Of a DNA stretch of 64,000 bases, positions 26,501-34,162 are shown piece by piece (the first letter of the stretch is position 1; each line of letters opens with the position of its first letter). A model generated the notes under the pieces. The model saw only the letters and a list, made by a program, of their open reading frames with translations, ran no database searches and had not been told where the DNA came from. Source of the stretch: Clostridia bacterium (lineage in GTDB: Bacteria; Bacillota; Clostridia; UMGS1883; UMGS1540); NCBI GenBank assembly GCA_045533905.1, contig JAZSIR010000001.1, positions 7,617-71,616 on the forward strand, given 5' to 3'. A program made the translations under genes and the position numbers.

Positions 26501-27566
26501 TATCGCGAAGACTTGTGATTTCGTCAAGCTTTGGCTGAATCTTTGCTTTTTCTTTGGCGCTCTTGCCTGCAAGAAAATCACGAATTTTCCTAATCATCTC
26601 GGCAAGATACTCAATGTACTTCCGCAAGCCTTGCTTTGCCTTTTCGTCCGTGCCGTTGATGATGCTGTCAATAGCCTTATGGAATCGCGCCTCATCGTTG
26701 CCGTAAAGGTAGAGAATGTTGTTTGCAGAAACTTCTTCCATTGCCTTTGCAAGAGATATTTCCTCGCCCTGTGCGGCGTATGCACTTCGTTTTTGGTCTG
26801 CAACGGTAAATATAGACGGCTCATTGCCGGCAATGTGATTATACATCGCATACACAAACGCGCTGCCTTCTTCAGGGGCAAGGTCGACAACTCTATGCAG
26901 CGCTATTTCGTGCGCCGCATGGAAGACAATAGATACCTTCTGCCCGCCCACTTCTCTTTCAAAATCGAAGTCAATAGGCACTTCCCCCGTTTGCCTGTTG
27001 TACTCGGCGTTGCCTTTTAGGCCCTTTGCCATATACGCCTTTACGCCAAGTCCTTCTGCTAAAAGATTGAGCGTTGCAACCTCGCTTTGTTTAACATCGC
27101 TCGGCAGGTTTTCCGCAAGAACGCCGCTTTCCATATTTACAACTGCATTTCTAAACCTTTCTTTGGCGGCGAGGTCTTCCATTTTTCTGTCCATCTGCCC
27201 TGCCGTGAACGCATCTTCTTGTGCTTTGGATATAAATACGTCCTTGCCTTTTTTAACATTCAAGTCCGGTTGCTTAAAGCCTGTCATGTACGATGCCTTG
27301 ACCTCTTCCAGCACTTTGTTAAAGGTTGCCCCGTCTGCATTCGAATAATTGGCCACAAGTTTCGCCCCTTCCTCGCCAAACCCCGTGACCTTTCTTACCT
27401 CGTCGGCGGTTATCTCCACGCCGTTCTCGGTGAGGACATCTAGTGTTTCGCTGCTTACGATTCCTCTTCTGCGGTTTTCAAGAAGGGTGTAACCGTCTAC
27501 TCGATTTTTTCTACCGCGCCCATTGCCTTCCTTATACGCAAAAAGGCTGTGAAACCTAGGTTTCAC
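23469..27566 (-). CDS. Polyvalent protein of conjugative-element or phage type, apparently 5'-truncated. Its last 10 codons are supplied by repeat copy A.
   Basis: 1365-aa ORF made of modules separated by recurring (D)FSLK linkers, six in total. Nuclease-like motif SHALRDNDIRHIKNSHG. No credible RBS or ATG at the 5' end: a GTG inside a palindrome, 9 nt after the upstream stop. Confidence 0.6.
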   Translation of the reverse strand: MKPRFHSLFAYKEGNGRGRKNRVDGYTLLENRRRGIVSSETLDVLTENGVEITADEVRKVTGFGEEGAKLVANYSNADGATFNKVLEEVKASYMTGFKQPDLNVKKGKDVFISKAQEDAFTAGQMDRKMEDLAAKERFRNAVVNMESGVLAENLPSDVKQSEVATLNLLAEGLGVKAYMAKGLKGNAEYNRQTGEVPIDFDFEREVGGQKVSIVFHAAHEIALHRVVDLAPEEGSAFVYAMYNHIAGNEPSIFTVADQKRSAYAAQGEEISLAKAMEEVSANNILYLYGNDEARFHKAIDSIINGTDEKAKQGLRKYIEYLAEMIRKIRDFLAGKSAKEKAKIQPKLDEITSLRDMFETAVAKAVENKKAVEAKAHTKQTAEAQKNTDTEDGVDFSLKNVDGKSFVWIEESGLTNKQLNSHQAVAGYIAQHIGEVYTIIESGQKVYIGEDLPQEYTHSKYTTFLRRVNRTAARGKNKAVDGFGELIETATNRRWEKTQHTHNKDAKYGMYRYANSFAFPIKDNRGKITKVRAFDVELLIRNASDGNKYLYDIVGIEENTTAEIGLLERMTRLPAERQATRDSVSNDNIPQNSNSVKNEISLKKENSSDTLEKNMGAEYNGNTSYSLKWRTDLNATQFKMLEDWIRQVENHEPKRIADTVGCWYKGRIDGEALFAIYSTETPEHPTILYERKGDDGSFELDILIDLLEDEEDGKGINGKPSFAQRVSQGSWLQNVNSSQNNLRNLGGGRHNQNVGVLPRQSQRNGSRAFRNVLENLFRESEEKSYSLKRIDGQKNTAPEGGVDFSLKTLGYADKVFDFEVTQSDINRYIEKAYLNDNEKSYIKFLKVGRDLINEVSSDVDISGYSHALRDNDIRHIKNSHGKKTNEKYPVTEADVELIPYIVENYDKVFYKTNANGDPGLIYVKVMPGDVIYYVEAITTEYNREKLLINKQMVKTGIDSIPNLYGLIDAIHKKQSSSQYLADLHEIRKAYVQDVKENYSRDNISHPQKIVKSDFSLKDSDYIKAVESVPARRESNYSDEFVKSTFESFGIDAPGDYIHVQRQVLKTLLGENFFTDTEKRKRVDVNEDSGMIIETNKSGIDETFNLKNYARLGKNKKITKLATIRRLPEIIEKGRLVADNVQNQYGNSDNKKFAYIEHTLEVDGKDVTIRLDIKKSPQKNKFWVHRVWEKETANTFPASINTDAEAGHTSADLNKSVAHPEQKVKSDFSLKGMLSEREYVATIQGLQKGDEAAKRKLAKYVEKGHVSTELYNELIERYGAIPSGEKPHRDIQVPQKTGKNKKVSQTVRTILEAKATPDEALPTIEKMVEDGIFSYDAYTDKKALKEADTYIKEYGWDESLVKKQIEK
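27549..27566. repeat. Perfect 18-bp palindrome at the island/chromosome junction (terminator stem or recombination core)
   Basis: GTGAAACCTAGGTTTCAC lies 9 nt downstream of the synthetase stop. On the minus strand it is followed by AGCCTTTTT. Confidence 0.8.
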
Positions 27567-27568
27567 AT

Positions 27569-27614
27569 CCTTTTCTTATTTCTCGATTTGCTTTTTTACG
27601 AGGCTTTCGCCGCA
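27569..27614. repeat. Direct repeat copy B (native 3' end of the acyl-CoA synthetase gene)
   Basis: See copy A. Copy B uses the GC-richer synonymous codons (CTC, GTA, ATC, GAG). Confidence 0.8.
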
Positions 27615-29204
27615 GTATTTTTCGCGGAGTTTCGGTTTTTCGATTTTGCCGGTGGGGTTGCGCGGTACATCGGCGAAGATGATGCGGCGCGGTCTTTTAT
27701 ATCGTGGAAGTGCCTGACAAAACGCTTCGATATCTGCTTCCGTGCAGGTGCTGCCGGGCTGCAGTTCGATAATGGCCGCGGCAATCTCGCCGAGTCTGTC
27801 ATCCGGAAGGCCGATAACGCCCACGTCCTTAATCTCGCGGTTTGTGCGGAGAAAATCTTCAATCTGCACAGGGTAGAGGTTTTCGCCGCCTGTGATGATA
27901 ACGTCTTTTTTGCGGTCTACGAGGAAAATGAAGCCATCCGCATCTTCCATGGCCATATCGCCTGTGTAGAGCCAGCCGTCGTGCAGTACCGCATTTGTGG
28001 CCACCTCATCGCGATAATAGCATTTCATAACGCCGGGGCCTTTTACTGCAAGTTCCCCCACTTCGCCACGAGAAACGGTGCTTCCGTTTTCGTCAATAAT
28101 CTTCGTTTCCCAAAGATGACCGGCAATACCGATGGCGCCCACCTTATGTATATTCTCTACGCCAAGATGTACACAGCCGGGGCCGATAGATTCGGAAAGC
28201 CCGTAATTGGTATCATATGCGTGATTCGGGAAACGCTCACGCCAGCGCTTTATAAGGCTCGGCGGTACCGGCTGTGCGCCGATATGCATGAGCCGCCAAG
28301 AAGCAAGGTCATATTCTTCTATATTGACATCGCCGCGGTCAATCGCATCGAGAATATCCTGCGCCCACGGCACGAGAAGCCATACGATAGATGCCTTTTC
28401 CTCGGAAGCGGCTTTTAAAATCCACTCCGGCTTTACGCCGCGAAGAAGCACTGCTTTGCCGCCGACCAGAAAGCTTCCGAACCAATGCATCTTCGCGCCG
28501 GTATGATACAGCGGCGGAATGCAGAGGAACACATCGTCCTTCGTTTGCCCGTGGTGTTTATTTTCCGTAATGCACGAGGATATGAGGCTTCTGTGTGCAT
28601 GCAAAATAGCCTTGGGGAAGCCTGTGGTGCCGGAAGAAAAGTAGATGGCCGCATCGTCCTCTTCCGAAAGCGGTGCATCCGTAAAGTCTGCACACATTTC
28701 GGGGAGGCGCCCGTTATAATCTACGGCAAAATCGGGTGTATCCTCACCCACAAAGATATATTGTTTCACGCCGGGCATATCGCCCTTGGCCGCGGTTACG
28801 CGTTCTGTAAACTCAGGGCCAAAGATCAAAACATCCACCTCAGCAAGACCCGAGCAATAGGAAATTTCATCTGCTGCATAGCGGAAATTCATAGGCACGG
28901 CCAGTGCGCCCGTTTTGAGAATACCAAAATAGATGGGAAGCCACTCGAGGCAGTTCATAAGAAGGATTGCAACCTTATCCCCCTTCTTGATGCCAAGCGC
29001 TGTGAGCATATTGGCAAAGCGGCAGGCGCTTTCGTCAAACTCGCGCCATGTGATTTCGCGGCGCCCTGCATTTTTTGCGGCCGCTTCCACTAGCTCAAAA
29101 TCGCGCCAAGCCTGCTTTTCACGCACCTCGGGGCTGATTTCTACAAGCGCCGCACAGCTACCGTACTTCCTTGCATTTTCTCTTAAAACCTCAGTAATAA
29201 CCAT
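27576..29204 (-). CDS. AMP-dependent acyl-CoA synthetase/ligase
   Basis: AMP-binding motif YFSSGTTGFPKAILHAH, plus YGLSE, YTGD and PTGKIEKPKLRE. Start MVITEVL at 29204 follows GGAAGGA; the track ORF starts 8 codons earlier. Confidence 0.85.
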   Translation of the reverse strand: MVITEVLRENARKYGSCAALVEISPEVREKQAWRDFELVEAAAKNAGRREITWREFDESACRFANMLTALGIKKGDKVAILLMNCLEWLPIYFGILKTGALAVPMNFRYAADEISYCSGLAEVDVLIFGPEFTERVTAAKGDMPGVKQYIFVGEDTPDFAVDYNGRLPEMCADFTDAPLSEEDDAAIYFSSGTTGFPKAILHAHRSLISSCITENKHHGQTKDDVFLCIPPLYHTGAKMHWFGSFLVGGKAVLLRGVKPEWILKAASEEKASIVWLLVPWAQDILDAIDRGDVNIEEYDLASWRLMHIGAQPVPPSLIKRWRERFPNHAYDTNYGLSESIGPGCVHLGVENIHKVGAIGIAGHLWETKIIDENGSTVSRGEVGELAVKGPGVMKCYYRDEVATNAVLHDGWLYTGDMAMEDADGFIFLVDRKKDVIITGGENLYPVQIEDFLRTNREIKDVGVIGLPDDRLGEIAAAIIELQPGSTCTEADIEAFCQALPRYKRPRRIIFADVPRNPTGKIEKPKLREKYCGESLVKKQIEK

Positions 29205-29348
29205 GTATACCGTCCTTCCGTACTGCATAATGTACTATTTATACAGTATACCGCAAAAAAAGGAGTTTGTAAATACCCAAAATTTCTTTTCGCATACTTT
29301 TTCTGTTTGTGCACAAGATAAGAAAAGTATATAAAAAGGAGAACCCCA

Positions 29349-30596
29349 ATGTCTCTCATCCGCATCCGTCCCACGGGGCCGCTTTCGGGCACTGTGCGCA
29401 TTGCCGGTGCCAAAAATGCGGCGCTCCCTATCCTTGCCGCAACGCTTTTAGCCTCTTCCCCCTGCACGCTCTATGAAATCCCGCCGCTCTCCGATGTGTA
29501 CAATATGCTGGAAATTATCAAAAAACTCGGCGCGGTATGTTTGCCTTCTTCAAAAGGGCTTCACATTGACACGCGCGGCGTGCAAAACCTCGAAGCCGCC
29601 TACACGGATACAAGCCGCCTTCGTGCCTCTTTTCTCATTGCGGGGCCGCTTCTTGCCAAGTACGGCCGCTTCAAAATTGCGCTTCCCGGCGGCTGTAAAA
29701 TCGGCACGCGCCCTATCGACCTCCATCTGAAAGGCTTTGCCGCGATGGGCGCGCAGCTTACACATACACACGGCTATATAGAAGCAGAAGCTGCCCGGCT
29801 TCGGGGCGCAAATATATATCTGGACTTCCCGAGTGTTGGGGCAACGGAAAACATCATGCTGGCCGCGTGCCTCGCTGACGGGCAGACCGTAATTGAAAAC
29901 GCGGCAGTGGAGCCGGAAATCACCGACCTTGCAACCTTTCTGTCCCGTATGGGTGCAGAGGTGCGCGGTGCCGGCACGGATACTGTCAAGATATGGGGAA
30001 AGCCTTCTCTGCACGCCGCCGAGCACACCATCATTCCCGACAGGATTGAGGCCGGCACCTTTATGGTGGCCGCGGCCATTACGGGAGGGCGGGTGGAACT
30101 TCGAAACATTGTGCCCGAGCATATAAAGCCGCTTTCGGCAAAGCTTCGTGAAATGGGCGTGCGGATTACGGAAAGTGAGACCTCCGCCCTTATAGAGGCC
30201 GGTGCGGAGCTTATACCCACCGATATCAAAACGCTTCCCTTCCCCGGTTTCCCCACGGACATGCAGTCCCAGCTTTGTGCGCTTATGAGTGTGGCGCAGG
30301 GCACGGGCATTATCACGGAAACGGTTTTTGAAAATCGTTTCATGCACGTAAACGAGCTTCGGCGTATGGGCGCCGACATTACTATTGAAGGGCGCGCCGC
30401 CATCGTGAAAGGAAGGGCGCATCTTATGGGTACGCGCGTGGCCGCCCCAGACCTTCGTGCCGGTGCGGCGCTTGTGCTTGCGGGCCTTGTGGCCGACGGC
30501 GAAACAGAAATCGAAGGTGCAGAATATATTGCGCGGGGGTACGCGCATTTCCCTGAGAAGCTCCGTGCGCTTGGAGCAGATATGCAGGCAAGATAA
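29349..30596 (+). CDS. murA: UDP-N-acetylglucosamine 1-carboxyvinyltransferase
   Basis: 415 aa. GAKNAALPILAATLLA and active-site Cys context LPGGCKIGTRPIDLHL. Confidence 0.92.
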   Translation: MSLIRIRPTGPLSGTVRIAGAKNAALPILAATLLASSPCTLYEIPPLSDVYNMLEIIKKLGAVCLPSSKGLHIDTRGVQNLEAAYTDTSRLRASFLIAGPLLAKYGRFKIALPGGCKIGTRPIDLHLKGFAAMGAQLTHTHGYIEAEAARLRGANIYLDFPSVGATENIMLAACLADGQTVIENAAVEPEITDLATFLSRMGAEVRGAGTDTVKIWGKPSLHAAEHTIIPDRIEAGTFMVAAAITGGRVELRNIVPEHIKPLSAKLREMGVRITESETSALIEAGAELIPTDIKTLPFPGFPTDMQSQLCALMSVAQGTGIITETVFENRFMHVNELRRMGADITIEGRAAIVKGRAHLMGTRVAAPDLRAGAALVLAGLVADGETEIEGAEYIARGYAHFPEKLRALGADMQAR

Positions 30597-30628
30597 AAGA
30601 GACATACCAAACGGTATGTCTCTTTTTT
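30597..30628. terminator. Bidirectional terminator between murA and the vanZ-like gene
   Basis: AAGAGACATACC-aaac-GGTATGTCTCTT followed by TTTT. Confidence 0.7.
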
Positions 30629-31115
30629 ACGCGGTTTTATGAAAGTGCTTACAAATTTTTCTTCCAAGCGTTACAAGTGTAATGCTGAAAAGCGCGCCTG
30701 CCGTATCGATGCAGACATCAAAAAATTCACAGCTTCGGCCTTTGACAAAGTTCTGGTGTACCTCATCACTCACCGCATACAAAACACAGATGAGAAGTGC
30801 CCAAAGCCACACGCCTTTTTTGTTCCGGAAGGAAATGGCGGTGCAGAGGGCAAAAATACCCAGTACAAAATAAAGACAGAAGTGCGCCGTTTTTCGCACG
30901 ATGCGCGTCATAAGTGACTGCGTTTTCGGCTTGTTTGTGTCGAGCTTCGGGAATACCTTTTTCACCACCGCTTCCACCTTCTTTTGTACGGCGCCGCTTA
31001 CGGCAGATGACTTTTTCGCCGGCTGTGCGGAAAAGAAAAAAATCACGCCCATCCAGAGGCACAAAAGCACGAGGCTCAGTATTCTTTTAAACACCAGAAG
31101 TTCTCCTTTCCACAA
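30627..31115 (-). CDS. VanZ-family membrane protein
   Basis: 162 aa with 4 hydrophobic segments. Motif SDEVHQNFVKGRSCEFFDVCIDTAGA is typical of VanZ-like proteins. Confidence 0.7.
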   Translation of the reverse strand: MWKGELLVFKRILSLVLLCLWMGVIFFFSAQPAKKSSAVSGAVQKKVEAVVKKVFPKLDTNKPKTQSLMTRIVRKTAHFCLYFVLGIFALCTAISFRNKKGVWLWALLICVLYAVSDEVHQNFVKGRSCEFFDVCIDTAGALFSITLVTLGRKICKHFHKTA

Positions 31116-31121
31116 ATGACA

Positions 31122-31147
31122 TTGGCGGGGCGTTTTTGCCCCGCCAA
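31122..31147 (-). terminator. GC-rich hairpin after the SLH gene (weak U-tract)
   Basis: TTGGCGGGGC-gttttt-GCCCCGCCAA. Confidence 0.4.
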
Positions 31148-31154
31148 GCCTTTC

Positions 31155-34079
31155 CTAGTAACGGAAAATGATAATTGCCTTTACATTGTAGGAACCTGTG
31201 TAGTAGACCAGAATCTGCGATGCAGAATCTGCATTGTTTGTAATTGAATACGGCTGAATGTTGCCCTCAAGGCTTACATCCATCTGTACCTTCATATCGT
31301 CCTTCACGGCCGTATAGTCATACAGGAACACTTTGGCATTCTTGACATTATCAAAGAGGAACTCGTCTACTCTCTGGATACCGCCTTCGTCCTCTTTGAT
31401 GGTCGGAACCAGCGACAGGGACATCTGCCCGTTTTCTTCCTTTTCGAAGCCCATCGCCGTGCCGAACAAGAAGCCGCCTGCTGTCGCAGAATCTAACACT
31501 GTATCTACTTTGAAGATTCGTGCCTCTTTTGCGGCTTTTGCCACCTCTTCAAGTTCGCCACGAAGCGGCGTGGAAACCTCAACGCCATCGCAGTTGAACA
31601 CGGTTGCTTTCGTTGTGCCAAAATCTATGAGCTGCTGCGTATCGCTGACTTCGCCATCTGCGACTGCATACCGGAACATATCGCCTTGCTGATACTTACC
31701 GCGGAGCATTTCCTCTTTGGTGCTGCGGACATCCACTGCCGAACCGCCGGGGAATGTAAGACCTGAAACCCTATCCATAATTTCTGCAGTTTCATCGTCA
31801 CGCACGCTGGAAACCTCTGTTGCAATCATAATGGGCGATTTCGTGTTAATAGCTGCGCTACCCGCAAAAATACCGCCCGAGTAGGAAATGGCATACTTTG
31901 CGATTTTCGTACTGCCGACATTAAACGCTTCCATCTGATATTTCGTATTGCTCGTAAAGGAATTCCGGATGAAATATTTGGAGGTGTCTGTAACATCCAT
32001 CGGGATTTCCAGAACCTTGGTGGAAGAGTTTGCAATAAAGGCTACCTTCCCCTGCCCGTTTTCAAAACGGCCACTCGTGGTGTGCTTCAGTACATTTTCT
32101 CCATCCTGCTCTACCGTGTTATCCTGCGGATAGGAAACATCCAGAGAAAGGTCGGAGGAATTCTTCTTATTGAGAATCGTATCAATCGTGTCAATCTTTC
32201 CTGCAGAAGTTTTACTGTAACGAATCATCTGCGAATACGGCGTGACCATAATGCCGGCTTCCGCTTTTCCCTCGTTGTAAATGGTGGCCGCATCTTCCAG
32301 AGCCTTTAAGGCATCTGCAGGTTCGCGATACAGCTCGCCGTCAATCGTTACAGGGTCAGCAAGTACCATCGTCTGGCGCTTGGTTGTGCCCGTGATACCG
32401 TAGAAGGTAGCATATACGCTTCCGCTTTTGCCGGCTTCCTTATCCGCATCAATGAGAAATGCAAGATACGTTGTACTTTGCGCTGTGGACACGGTTGCCG
32501 CAGCGATTTTGCCTTCCATATCAAGGTATACGGAAACCTGTTCGCCAAGCTTCATTTCCGGCTTTGTGCCCGTATAGCGGGCATAGTTATCAGCAATAGC
32601 ATAATAGGCATTTCCGATTTTTCTTCTGCCGTCTCCGTCGACTTCCGTGATTTTGCCGGTGACTTTTTTCGTGGAAACAACGCCATTCCAAATGCCCTTG
32701 CCTTCTGCCGTGGGCTTGGAGCGCATAACGCTAATAACATTCCACTGAGAGAGCGAATTAATGATAGCTTCGGGCGTATCGGTGTTTCCCTGCTTTGTCA
32801 GCGAAAAATGTACGCCGGAATTTTTATAAGGGATCTCGAGTGTGCCCGCGTTGTACTTTCCGTACACCTTCGGCGGGTTCATATTCTTATCCGCGCTGTT
32901 CACTACGAAGTTTTCGTACTCGGTTACGAAGGCTACTTCGGCATCGCCGTCACCATCGTTACAAATAAGTTCCACGATTGCGGAGCCAAGGTCACCGAAG
33001 TCATCCGTATCATACGTAGCATCGTGCTTGCCGTTATAAATAACCTCTACATCTTCAATCCCCATTTTCTGGGCTCGTCCGCCTTTTTCGGCATAGTAGG
33101 TGACGATTCCGTCAGAAACGGTCTCGATCATATCCGATGTGAGCCTTACCTCTTCCGTTTTGGTTATGGTAATCTGGGATATTTCAAGGGTATCATCCAT
33201 GCCCGGTTCTACATAAGCACTGATTTTTCTGCCGAGGATGGACATTGTATCATACCCTTCGGGTACATTATAAAGTTTTTCTTCGCCTTTGACTTCTACC
33301 AGAATGCGATCTTTGGCAAGGCTTGTATCCCCGCCGTAAATACCGGTCTGCGGTACGCCCGTAACAATACCGGTGATCTGTTCTTTGCCTTGGAACTTAT
33401 CGAGGGCTGTCTGCGAGTCCGAAATAATATTGCCATCGGCATCTGTTTCTATAATTTCAACGCGCAGGCAGTTGTTTGTGAGAATCGCAACTGTGCCACG
33501 GGAGGCATAGTCCTCCACATTATTGACGGAAGCGTTCTTCAGAATGCCCTGTTCAGCCGCCACGGCCATATAGCCCGAATACCACGGGGCGCCCGGTGCC
33601 GTGCGGCGTTGTGCCATATCTCCATAACCCAGGGAGCAGACAAGCATCTTTACGATTTCCGTATATCTGACGGGTGCATCCGGTTGGAATGTGCCGTCGG
33701 TATAGCCGTTTACAATCTTCTGGTCTGCCGCAAGCTTAATGTACTTTTTGGCCCAGTGCGCTGCATCGTCCACATCCGGGAATCCGGAGGGAACTGTATC
33801 GAATGCAATGCTCTCCTGCCCGAGGAAAGAAATGATGATTTTGGAAACCTCGCCGCGCGTAATGGTGTTATCCGCGCGGAAGGTACCATCCTCGTACCCG
33901 TTGATAATGCCGAGCTTGACAAGCTCTGTAACAGCCTTTCCCACCGTGCTGCCGGCATCAATGTCTGTAAGATTTACCGCGCCCGTCGCCGTTTCTTCCG
34001 CAAAAACACCGAGAGGCACAAGCGAAAACAGCATCAAAACGCTCATAAGTGCCGCTAAAATTCTTTTTCGAATCTGCAT
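31155..34079 (-). CDS. SLH-domain cell-surface protein (974 aa)
   Basis: Signal peptide MQIRKRILAALMSVLMLFSLVPLGVFA. N-terminal SLH repeats (LTDIDAGSTVGKAV..., FPDVDDAAHWAKKYI...). Confidence 0.8.
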   Translation of the reverse strand: MQIRKRILAALMSVLMLFSLVPLGVFAEETATGAVNLTDIDAGSTVGKAVTELVKLGIINGYEDGTFRADNTITRGEVSKIIISFLGQESIAFDTVPSGFPDVDDAAHWAKKYIKLAADQKIVNGYTDGTFQPDAPVRYTEIVKMLVCSLGYGDMAQRRTAPGAPWYSGYMAVAAEQGILKNASVNNVEDYASRGTVAILTNNCLRVEIIETDADGNIISDSQTALDKFQGKEQITGIVTGVPQTGIYGGDTSLAKDRILVEVKGEEKLYNVPEGYDTMSILGRKISAYVEPGMDDTLEISQITITKTEEVRLTSDMIETVSDGIVTYYAEKGGRAQKMGIEDVEVIYNGKHDATYDTDDFGDLGSAIVELICNDGDGDAEVAFVTEYENFVVNSADKNMNPPKVYGKYNAGTLEIPYKNSGVHFSLTKQGNTDTPEAIINSLSQWNVISVMRSKPTAEGKGIWNGVVSTKKVTGKITEVDGDGRRKIGNAYYAIADNYARYTGTKPEMKLGEQVSVYLDMEGKIAAATVSTAQSTTYLAFLIDADKEAGKSGSVYATFYGITGTTKRQTMVLADPVTIDGELYREPADALKALEDAATIYNEGKAEAGIMVTPYSQMIRYSKTSAGKIDTIDTILNKKNSSDLSLDVSYPQDNTVEQDGENVLKHTTSGRFENGQGKVAFIANSSTKVLEIPMDVTDTSKYFIRNSFTSNTKYQMEAFNVGSTKIAKYAISYSGGIFAGSAAINTKSPIMIATEVSSVRDDETAEIMDRVSGLTFPGGSAVDVRSTKEEMLRGKYQQGDMFRYAVADGEVSDTQQLIDFGTTKATVFNCDGVEVSTPLRGELEEVAKAAKEARIFKVDTVLDSATAGGFLFGTAMGFEKEENGQMSLSLVPTIKEDEGGIQRVDEFLFDNVKNAKVFLYDYTAVKDDMKVQMDVSLEGNIQPYSITNNADSASQILVYYTGSYNVKAIIIFRY

Positions 34080-34162
34080 AGGAAGTTCCTCCTTTTCCTG
34101 CTTTAAGCGTATTTCTATTGTACCATTTTATCCCCCGAAAAGTCAACAACTATTTCGAAGTA

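Larger units (their letters stand above)
23461..27614. mobile_element. Recombinase-less 4.1-kb cassette bounded by direct repeats A and B (pseudo-element of a composite island)
   Basis: The two ~42-bp repeats flank a single truncated mobile-element-type ORF. The sharp GC change is at the copy B side. Confidence 0.45.

Noticed and set aside
27564-27578. The synthetase and the 1365-aa ORF are in the same frame, separated only by TAA GAA AAG GAT (possible read-through fusion)
   Set aside because: There is a 1-in-3 chance coincidence. A hairpin and a T-tract sit between them, and no recoding signal is visible. I note it but do not claim it.
27549-28418. 289-aa + strand ORF beginning MKPRFH
   Set aside because: Its start is the mirror image of the 18-bp palindrome, which gives the same GTG-KPRFH on both strands. 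The body is antisense to the acyl-CoA synthetase.
29550-30667. Long antisense ORFs (351 and 297 aa) opposite murA
   Set aside because: These are GC-rich shadow frames. The sense strand encodes a textbook MurA, and the antisense products are low-complexity Arg/Pro/Ala/Ser-rich with no motifs.
32478-34058. 526-aa + strand ORF opposite the 974-aa SLH gene
   Set aside because: Shadow ORF in GC-rich DNA. The minus-strand product has a signal peptide and SLH repeats, while the + strand product has no recognisable features.
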